From: a virus
IMG/VR virus record: IMGVR_UViG_3300020203_000404
Location: 1-64,000 of that record
Strand: one strand, 5' to 3'
DNA length: 64,000 bases
Shown here: positions 8,869 to 16,071 of the stretch, in pieces
How positions within the stretch are numbered: the stretch's first letter is position 1
Layout: every line of letters starts with the position of its first letter
The notes under the pieces: generated by a model
Database searches by the model: none
The model's input: the letters and a program-made list of their open reading frames with translations, nothing else
Told to the model about the DNA's origin: nothing
Made by a program: the position numbers and the translations under genes

Positions 8869-9387
8869 ATGAATACCATCACGCACACGAACCCGAACGG
8901 CAAGACCGTTCTGGTCAGCGTCGGCGAGAACGTGACCGTCTGCAAGAACGTGACCATCGGCTCGTACTCGACCATCGGCTCGTACTCGACCATCGGCGAG
9001 AACGTGACCATCGGCCAGAACGCGATCATCGGCGAGAACGCGACCATCGGCTGGAACGTGACCATCGCCAAGAACCCGTACATCGGCAAGAACGCGAACA
9101 TCGGTGACGGCTCGACCATCGGCAAGAACGTGACCATCTCCAAGAACGTGACCATCGGCTCGTACTCGTACATCGGCAAGAACGCGACCATCGGCGAGAA
9201 CGCGAGCATCGGCAAGAACGCGAGCATCGGCAAGAACGCGACCATCGACCGGGACGCGACCATCGACCGGAACACGACCATCGGCAAGAACGCGAACATC
9301 GGCGAGAACGCGACCATCGACCGGGACACGACCATCGGCGAGAACGCGACCATCGACCGGGACACGACCATCGGCCCAGACGCCTGA
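8869..9387 (+). CDS. left-handed beta-helix protein, 172 aa (single-gene cassette)
   Basis: MNTITH leader and IGPDA end. Confidence 0.9.
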   Translation: MNTITHTNPNGKTVLVSVGENVTVCKNVTIGSYSTIGSYSTIGENVTIGQNAIIGENATIGWNVTIAKNPYIGKNANIGDGSTIGKNVTISKNVTIGSYSYIGKNATIGENASIGKNASIGKNATIDRDATIDRNTTIGKNANIGENATIDRDTTIGENATIDRDTTIGPDA

Positions 9388-9559
9388 GGGGCGACGGGGC
9401 GGCCCACGGGCTCGCCTCTTGCACGCTAAAAAAACGTGCCTAGCTTAGCTACGCGGGCGGGCGGAGAATCCGCCCTAGGTCCGCGTGGGGCTCTACAGGG
9501 CAGGCTCGACTTTTTGCTTTTTCTTCTTGCTTTTTCGAGCCTATAGGGTATCCTAAGAT
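9388..9559 (+). repeat. intergenic element, arm A type. Also at 9812-9981, 11606-11778, 12548-12720, 13257-13370; partial at 2630-2690 and 10531-10562
   Basis: ggggcgg(g)cc(t/c)acgggctcgcc(c/t)cttgcacgctaaaaaaacgtgc(c/a)tagcttagct + core + promoter. Confidence 0.95.
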
Positions 9560-9802
9560 ATGAAAACGAACGATCTCAAAAAGGGTACTCGCGTCCAGCT
9601 TCGCAACGGTTGGCATGCGACGATTGCCGACAACGCACGCGGAAACACGCGGATGGCCACGGTTGAGGGTCACTACACCGAAACGGGCTCAGTCTACTCT
9701 CACGATATCGTGCGGGCTCAGGTGGCAACCGGCCTAGTCACGATTGAGCACACCCCCGCTCAGGTGAAGCTCCGCAAGAATGTCGCGGCGTCCGGCGTGT
9801 AA
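9560..9802 (+). CDS. hypothetical phage protein
   Basis: Leaderless ORF exactly filling the space between two elements. Confidence 0.8.
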   Translation: MKTNDLKKGTRVQLRNGWHATIADNARGNTRMATVEGHYTETGSVYSHDIVRAQVATGLVTIEHTPAQVKLRKNVAASGV

Positions 9803-9981
9803 CGTACAAGACTACGGGGCGGGCCTACGGGCTCGCCTCTTGCACGCTAAAAAAACGTGCATAGCTTAGCTACGCGGGCGGGCGGAGAATCCGCCCTAGG
9901 TCCGCGTGGGGCTCCACGGGGCGAGCCTAGTTTTTTGTTTTTTCCTCTTGCTTTTTCGAGCCTATAGAGTATCATTCTGGC

Positions 9982-10518
9982 ATGAAAGCAATTCGCCAAA
10001 CGGCCCTTGTGGCCAAACTGAACGATATCAAGGGGGCGACGTTCGCGACCCTCATCACGGAAACGAATGCCCGTCTCAAGAAGACCGGCAATACTTTCGG
10101 GGACGTTCGCAAGGTATCGCGTGTCAACGTTACGCTAGGCTTCCAATACGAAGCAGCCGTCAACCGTCAACGCACGCGGGAAGGCTCGGAAGCTAACTTT
10201 GAAGCGGCTCCGCGTCAATGGGGCGAACGTATCGCCGGAACATTCCTCGTGCAGCACAAGGACCGGACATACCTTGAGTGCAAGGTGGAGCGTAGTATTT
10301 CGCACGTCTATCTCGATTCGACCGGGAAGGAATTGACCGACGAACAAGTCGCCCCTTTCCTTCCGGCAAAGAGTTCCAGCCGTCAGGATACCGAGAAGGA
10401 AATTCTCGTTCGCGACTACGCTCTCGATTCCATCCGTGGAATCTCTTTCAAGGGCGACAGTTTCCTCATCATGCAGGATAATCCTTCGCCGATCGCGGCT
10501 GAATTGCTGGCGGTCTAA
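9982..10518 (+). CDS. hypothetical phage protein
   Basis: Leaderless ORF after TTGCTT-N16-TATCAT (9948-9975). Confidence 0.8.
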   Translation: MKAIRQTALVAKLNDIKGATFATLITETNARLKKTGNTFGDVRKVSRVNVTLGFQYEAAVNRQRTREGSEANFEAAPRQWGERIAGTFLVQHKDRTYLECKVERSISHVYLDSTGKELTDEQVAPFLPAKSSSRQDTEKEILVRDYALDSIRGISFKGDSFLIMQDNPSPIAAELLAV

Positions 10519-10722
10519 TCGCTCACGAGGCTACGGGGCGGGCTCACGGGCTCGCCCCTTGCGTTCTCGTTCGCACGATAATGCGTTCATAGTACGCTTG
10601 AAATAGAAAAAGGCTTGACGAGCCGAGAGCGTATTAGAGCCTAAGGATATTCTCGCGAAATTCCCATTGCCTTTATCCGTCAACGTGGTACTATTCCAGC
10701 GTCCAAACGAAAGGGGCATACC

Positions 10723-11349
10723 ATGCGATTCAAATTCACCGCGAAAAAAGATTATGAAACGGGCGAAATCGGTTGGCAGGATTCGCGTATCCGCTCCCAC
10801 GTATACGGCCCGCTATCCGGTTCGATCGGTCTCGCCCACGATTGTCTTGAACACGCTGCGTTTGATAGCGTCGCGGATGAGATTGAAGCCCATGGGGCCA
10901 TGTACTGGATACGTTACGAAGGCGGATACAATATCGACATGGAAAGCTTTTCCAATGAGTGGACCAGCCTCGTGCAAGGTCTCGCAGAGGAGCCTTTTTT
11001 TCCTACTCCGCCGAAAACTCGCCCCCTGGAAGATTCGATCGAGGAAGATATTTCCACGATCATCGCAAACGGACGTGCCTTGTGCCTACGGGAGTTCCAT
11101 GAGGATTATGAGCGGACCGAGATTGAAAAGGTGGCAAACGTATTCCGGGCCTATTTCCGTCGCGGATACCGTAAGGCTACACGACGCTACAAGGGTCTAG
11201 CGGCGTGCAAGGTTGCGGGCTTATTCTCGGCCTTGGTGAGAGCCTTCGAAGGTCAACGAATCGAGTACAGGGGGCAGGAAATCACGGTCACGGTAAACTT
11301 GAAAACGCAACGGGTTACGGTAGAGGAAAACATTCCGGCAGAATGGTAG
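10723..11349 (+). CDS. hypothetical protein (HDxxEH..DExxAxG; possible metal site)
   Basis: 208-aa ORF with SD-like AGGGG upstream. Confidence 0.7.
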   Translation: MRFKFTAKKDYETGEIGWQDSRIRSHVYGPLSGSIGLAHDCLEHAAFDSVADEIEAHGAMYWIRYEGGYNIDMESFSNEWTSLVQGLAEEPFFPTPPKTRPLEDSIEEDISTIIANGRALCLREFHEDYERTEIEKVANVFRAYFRRGYRKATRRYKGLAACKVAGLFSALVRAFEGQRIEYRGQEITVTVNLKTQRVTVEENIPAEW

Positions 11350-11392
11350 AATATTCTCCTTGCTTTTTCGAGCCTATAGGGTATCCTAAGGC

Positions 11393-11605
11393 ATGGAAAC
11401 GCAATTCAGTGACGACATGAACACGATCCGTGCGGACGACATGGACACGATCCGTGCGGACGAGATGGAAGAATATTCGTTCATCGCAAGCGAGGAACGT
11501 CGATACAAGGAAGAAAAGGCCGAATTCCACGGCGAGCTCGAAAGCCCGGAAGATATTGCCGAGTACGAGTCATGGCTGGATGGCAATGCTCTGGAATCGG
11601 TCTAG
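11393..11605 (+). CDS. very acidic small protein with an internal 8-aa tandem repeat
   Basis: About 23 D/E against 6 K/R in 70 aa; DDMNTIRA-DDMDTIRA; own promoter at 11360. Confidence 0.75.
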   Translation: METQFSDDMNTIRADDMDTIRADEMEEYSFIASEERRYKEEKAEFHGELESPEDIAEYESWLDGNALESV

Positions 11606-11778
11606 GGGGTGACGGGGCGGGCCTACGGGCTCGCCCCTTGCACGCTAAAAAAACGTGCCTAGCTTAGCTACGCGGGCGGGCGAAGAATCCGCCCTAGGCA
11701 CGCGTGGGGCTCCACGGGGCAAGCTCGACTTTTTTGCTTTTCCTCTTGCTTTTTCGAGCCTATAGGGTATCCTAAGAC

Positions 11779-12006
11779 ATGGAAACGATGAATCTTCAAA
11801 GGAACGACTACAATCTCGCCGGTCTGATCGCCTCGGACTACCATTTGTTCGGCGAGCGGAACCGCTATATTCTCGCTGCGGTTCACACGCGGTTCGAAGA
11901 GGTTACTTGGATGGTATTCGACGCTGAACAAGCGGATGAGATTCTGGGGACGCCCAAGATCATCCGCCAAGATCGCACGCCGGAACTGGCAGTGAAGGGC
12001 CTCTAG
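11779..12006 (+). CDS. hypothetical protein
   Basis: Leaderless cassette ORF. Confidence 0.75.
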   Translation: METMNLQRNDYNLAGLIASDYHLFGERNRYILAAVHTRFEEVTWMVFDAEQADEILGTPKIIRQDRTPELAVKGL

Positions 12007-12007
12007 T

Positions 12008-12175
12008 AGGCTGCCCAAGGGCCGGAAACGGCCCTTCTGGGCCTTCCTTTTTTTTGTGCCTAGCTTAGCTACGCGGGCGGGCGGAGAATCCGCCCTAGGC
12101 CCGCGTGGGGCTCTACAAGGCAAGCCTAGTTTTTGCTTTTTTCTCTTGCTTTGTTTGTAGCAAGGGGTATCCTAA
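12008..12175 (+). repeat. intergenic element, arm C type (terminator-like); second copy at 13811-13982
   Basis: ggctgcccaagggccggaaacggcccttctgggccttcc-T8, then the core. Confidence 0.9.
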
Positions 12176-12190
12176 ACAACAAGGAGACTT

Positions 12191-12547
12191 ATGTATTTCA
12201 AGGAAATCGTAGGACATGTATTGTTAGAAATCTCGTTGAATGACAGAGAAATTATCCTCAAGACCGACAAGGCAACGGCTCGTCTTGAGGCGGTTGGTGA
12301 CTGCTGTTCGCAAGGCTGGATTGACGACCTTGCCGTTTCGGGCACGCTGCCATCCAAGATTGTCGGTATTGAGGACATGTGCCAGTCTTTCAACCTTGCC
12401 GATGACGATAAGAGGTTTGACGAAGGTGACATTGTTGTGGCATACGGTGCCAAGATCGTGACCGAAAATGGTCCGATCACCTTCAATGTCTGGAACAATA
12501 GCAATGGCTATTATGGTTCTGTGTTGTGTTTCTCGGCATCGTACTGA
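12191..12547 (+). CDS. conserved phage hypothetical protein (DCCS...SNGYY motif)
   Basis: AAGGAG SD; motif recalled from phage proteins. Confidence 0.75.
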   Translation: MYFKEIVGHVLLEISLNDREIILKTDKATARLEAVGDCCSQGWIDDLAVSGTLPSKIVGIEDMCQSFNLADDDKRFDEGDIVVAYGAKIVTENGPITFNVWNNSNGYYGSVLCFSASY

Positions 12548-12720
12548 GGGGCGACGGGGCGGGCCTGCGGGCTCGCCTCTAGCACGCTAAAAAAACGTGC
12601 CTAGCTTAGCTACGCGGGCGGGCGGAGAATCCGCCCTAGGCACGCGTGGGGCTCTACAGGGCAGGCTCGACTTTTTGTTTTTTCCTCTTGCTTTTTCGCA
12701 CCGCTAGGGTATCCTAAGAC

Positions 12721-12876
12721 ATGAATACCATCACGCACACGAACCCGAACGGCAAGACCGTTCTGGTCAGCGTCGGCGAGAACGTGACCATCGGCTCGTA
12801 CTCGACCATCGGCGAGAACGTGACCATCGGCAAGAACGTGACCATCACCCCCGGCTCAATCGTCGGCTCAAAGTGA
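12721..12876 (+). CDS. minimal left-handed beta-helix protein, 51 aa (not in the ORF track)
   Basis: Hand translation: MNTITHTNPNGKTVLVSVGENVTIGSYSTIGENVTIGKNVTITPGSIVGSK*. Confidence 0.85.
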   Translation: MNTITHTNPNGKTVLVSVGENVTIGSYSTIGENVTIGKNVTITPGSIVGSK

Positions 12877-12917
12877 TTTTTGCTTGACAGACCGCGAGAA
12901 TGATGTATCATTGAAAT

Positions 12918-13256
12918 ATGAGTACCATCACACATGTGAACCCGGACGGAAAGACCGTTCTGGTCAACGTCGGCTCGAACGTAACCATCGGCTATGGCGT
13001 AACCATCTGCGAGAACGCGATCATCGGCTGGAACGTGACCATCGGCGAATACGCGAACATCGGCGAGAACTCGTACATCGGCTGGAACGCGACCATCGGC
13101 GAGAACGTGACCATCGGCTCGTGCTCGACTATCGGCTCGTACTCGACCATCGGCCAGAACGCGATCATCGGCGAGAACTCGTACATCGGCTGGAACGCGA
13201 CCATCGGCGAGAACGTGACCATCGACCGGGACACGACCATCGGCCCAGACGCTTGA
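12918..13256 (+). CDS. left-handed beta-helix protein, 112 aa (ends IGPDA)
   Basis: Hexapeptide repeats, own promoter. Confidence 0.9.
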   Translation: MSTITHVNPDGKTVLVNVGSNVTIGYGVTICENAIIGWNVTIGEYANIGENSYIGWNATIGENVTIGSCSTIGSYSTIGQNAIIGENSYIGWNATIGENVTIDRDTTIGPDA

Positions 13257-13428
13257 GGGGCGACGGGGCGGGCCTGCGGGCTCGCCTCTAGCACGCTAAA
13301 AAAACGTGCCTAGCTTAGCTACGCGGGCGGGCGGAGAATCCGCCCTAGGCCCGCGTGGGGCCTCACAGGCGATTGTAACGCTAGTGTAAAACGGTTTGAC
13401 TCTAGGCTTTTTCGTGGTATACTCAATC

Positions 13429-13809
13429 ATGGAAAAGACGATCGAAGACACCCGAAGAGGTAGCACGATGAGGTATCGCATCAATTGGACGGAATCGGTA
13501 GGCTATTGTGCCTACGTTCAGGCTGACTCGAAAGAAGAGGCGTTGACGAAGTTCCACGAGGGTGGTTACGATGCCTCGCTCGATGGTTTCTGCGAAATGC
13601 ATGACGACGCGGAGGCCGAGGAAGATCCTGATAAGGAATGCGACGGCTGCAACGGCACCGGCACCACTGGCGGCGGCCCTCCCGGTTCGGCCCTCCTGGT
13701 GGAAAACGACAAGCCTGCCGAATGAGCGGACATGCGTCACGAATGCGAAACGTGGCTTGGAAGAATATTCGACATCGAGCTTTGCGACCTATTCGAGCGT
13801 AGCCCATAG
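13429..13809 (+). pseudogene. chimeric gene: paralog of 3775-4026 fused to the 3' half of a 15254-15508 paralog, with TGA at 13723-13725
   Basis: NDKPAE*ADMRHECETWLG aligns to HDKPAEWVDMRHECETWLG; promoter TTGACT-N16-TATACT at 13396. Confidence 0.7.
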
Positions 13810-13982
13810 CGGGCTGCCCAAGGGCCGGAAACGGCCCTTCTGGGCCTTCCTTTTTTTTGTGCCTAGCTTAGCTACGCGGGCGGGCGGAGAATCCGCCCTA
13901 GGCCCGCGTGGGGCTCCACGGGGCAAGCTCGACTTTTTTGCTTTTCCTCTTGCTTTTTCTTTTTCAAGCTATATAGTAAAGC

Positions 13983-14408
13983 ATGAAATCACTACTCGAA
14001 AAAGCCATCCGCGTAGCATGCGAATCGCATGCGGGCCAAGTGGATAAGGGTGGGTTACCCTATATCCTACATCCACTTGCGGTTATGTTGAGTCTTCCAT
14101 CGTCGGACGTGAAAGGTCGCATCGTCGCCGTACTCCATGATGTTGTGGAGGACACAAGTACTACACTTGAAAAGCTCGCTGAGTGGCTGCCCTTCGATCT
14201 TCTTGAAGGCGTCGATGCCATGTCAAAGCGTCAAGGCGAGACTAACCGTGCCTATTGGATTCGCTGTAAGGCCAACGAAATCGCGGCACGGGTCAAGGTC
14301 GCTGACATGCTACATAATTCGAGCCCCGAGAGGCTAGCCTGTCTGAGCTACGCGGAGCAAGAATATCTTTCCAAGAAATATGGAGAGGCTCTTGTCTTTT
14401 TCAAGTAG
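13983..14408 (+). CDS. HD-domain protein, RelA/SpoT (p)ppGpp hydrolase-like small alarmone hydrolase
   Basis: HAGQVDKGGLPYILHP, AVLHDVVEDT and VKVADMLHN motifs. Confidence 0.85.
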   Translation: MKSLLEKAIRVACESHAGQVDKGGLPYILHPLAVMLSLPSSDVKGRIVAVLHDVVEDTSTTLEKLAEWLPFDLLEGVDAMSKRQGETNRAYWIRCKANEIAARVKVADMLHNSSPERLACLSYAEQEYLSKKYGEALVFFK

Positions 14409-14554
14409 TAAAACTGAACATGGGGGGCGGGCTACGCTCGCCCGAAAACGTTGCCCCTGCTATCTAACAACCTAAATGCGTGAGCCTAAAAGACCTACGC
14501 AAAAGCATGAAATAGCGTTCGCGTGAAATTGCTGGGAGTCTAGCCTAAAACACA

Positions 14555-14642
14555 TACTGTGAGCTAAAATAACCGTGGCCGCCAAAACGGCAGCCGGAAA
14601 AATTTTCCCTGCCAAAACGGCAGCCGGAAAGATTTTCCCGCC
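14555..14642. repeat. second copy of the 6923-7010 block
   Basis: Direct sequence match with a 30-bp tandem duplication. Confidence 0.9.
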
Positions 14643-14977
14643 GTGTAAGATCTATGTAAAATCCGAGTTTTTACACAATCGTTACGAAACGATTTCCGTT
14701 TCGAACCCGTAACGGTATATCTTTCCGTGTTGGAAAAGTATACTCGTTTGGCTATCCTTTCCAGTATACCCTACCCTTGGCCGATATCAATGTGAAAGCC
14801 TTTCCTATTGTATGGCAATTGTAAGGCTCGCGGATTGTGCCAACCGATCGACCAATAGTAGGGTACTATCGTATATCATGGAATCGAGGGCACTAGAGAC
14901 TGAAATAGCCTTGGTGGAATACCTTGGAACGGAAACGTATCTGGCGACGATTATCTTCCTATCCTCAGACGTTGCTG

Positions 14978-15045
14978 GAAAAGTCTCAAGTAGTTACCTT
15001 TTCAAGCCGACACTACCCTATCGCAATAGTGCGACACTTCGGAGA
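14978..15045 (+). promoter_or_regulatory. ~65-bp repeated leader with sigma28-like boxes; second copy at 15518-15585
   Basis: TCAA(G/C)-N15-GCCGA(C/T)AC; each copy is followed by an SD-like sequence and ATG. Confidence 0.5.
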
Positions 15046-15055
15046 ACGTCACAAC

Positions 15056-15250
15056 ATGAAAAGTATCAAAGGCTCAGTCTCGCTTGCCTTGGAGCGTCTT
15101 CGGGTGATACTCGCAAATGATCCCGATAGGAAGGCTCGGCTGGAAGTCATGGCCGACAATATCCGTCGGAAGGCTATCGAGAATCCGCGTCGCATCGTGT
15201 CGGGTGATTCGCTGGAAAGCCTCCTCAATCTTGGCAAGGAAAAGGCGTAG
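15056..15250 (+). CDS. hypothetical protein
   Basis: ATG 15056 with GGAG upstream, directly after the repeated leader. Confidence 0.65.
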   Translation: MKSIKGSVSLALERLRVILANDPDRKARLEVMADNIRRKAIENPRRIVSGDSLESLLNLGKEKA

Positions 15251-15253
15251 AAC

Positions 15254-15508
15254 ATGCAAACGATGATAGTCTGGAACGGCCTGCAAGTTAGAGCCGAAGT
15301 CGAAGTGGAAAAAGTTTCCTACTGGTTCGAGGCGGTGACGTGCCTGACCGACACGGCGTACGAAGTTGACGATGCGGAAGAATTTTCCGCCTTTCTCGTG
15401 CAGCATGACAAGCCTGCTGAATGGGTCGATATGCGTCACGAATGCGAAACGTGGCTAGGAACGTTCGAGGGCCAGCTATTCGAGCTACTCAAGCGTAGCC
15501 TATGGTAA
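15254..15508 (+). CDS. hypothetical acidic protein
   Basis: ORF with a homologous fragment at 13690-13809. Confidence 0.7.
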   Translation: MQTMIVWNGLQVRAEVEVEKVSYWFEAVTCLTDTAYEVDDAEEFSAFLVQHDKPAEWVDMRHECETWLGTFEGQLFELLKRSLW

Positions 15509-15594
15509 GAAAAGTCTGAAAAGTCTCAACTAGTTACCTTTTCAAGCCGATACTACCCTATCGCAATCATGCGACACTTCAGAGGGACCGAATC

Positions 15595-15684
15595 ATGACA
15601 CGCCAGTTTCGCACACTTTCCGTCATTCTTCTACTCGCAATCCCGGCCTACATGGTTGCGATTCTTATCGCTCGCTTCGCGTAA
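15595..15684 (+). CDS. 29-aa single-pass membrane peptide (not in the ORF track)
   Basis: MTRQFRTLSVILLLAIPAYMVAILIARFA*, after GAGGG and the repeated leader. Confidence 0.55.
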   Translation: MTRQFRTLSVILLLAIPAYMVAILIARFA

Positions 15685-15691
15685 CTCTACC

Positions 15692-15913
15692 ATGAAAGTT
15701 TTTCCCAACATGTTTCTAACCGACGATGGCACGATGGACACCGTATTCGAATGCGGTGCGTGTCATGCGACGCTACGCTATCACGGTGAAGCCTTCGAAC
15801 GTGCCGACGATGGCACGCTCGTGAATCGGGACGACGTTATCGCGAGCGTCGCGAATGAGCACGATTGTGCAGATTGCATCGACACCGAATATTATTCCAA
15901 GTGGGAAGAATAA
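15692..15913 (+). CDS. small acidic Zn-ribbon-like protein
   Basis: CGAC...HDCADC. Confidence 0.6.
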   Translation: MKVFPNMFLTDDGTMDTVFECGACHATLRYHGEAFERADDGTLVNRDDVIASVANEHDCADCIDTEYYSKWEE

Positions 15914-16071
15914 TCTTCTCACACTGAAGAGTTTTCCACTCCCAGCCCATATGGCAGTCGATGCCATAATGGCGGGGAGGGGGTTTTTTCACGGTGGAAA
16001 ACTTTTCCGTTACCCGGTGAGGCGGCGGGGGGCTTTTCCACAGGGCGACGCACTTTTCAGAAGCTATCTCC

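Noticed and set aside
63-13256. Annotating the repeat proteins as LpxA/LpxD/GlmU acyltransferases
   Set aside because: Only the bare solenoid is present, with no catalytic loops or accessory domains
29-13294. Long overlapping ORFs made of RRERDH, ADGHVL or MVTFSP repeats
   Set aside because: Shadow frames of the stop-free 18-bp repeat; the plus-strand ones mostly start at the TTG of the -35 box and have no expression signals (4654 is the exception, reported above)
13723-13725. TGA-to-Trp recoding, suggested by a TGA aligned to Trp plus a phage RF1-like gene
   Set aside because: All large genes are intact in code 11 and many (terL, capsid, tail tube, beta-helix genes) end in TGA; a nonsense mutation in a chimera is simpler
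8025-13982. Classical integron with attC sites
   Set aside because: No consistent RYYYAAC...GTTRRRY ends, the cassettes carry their own promoters, and no integrase is in the window
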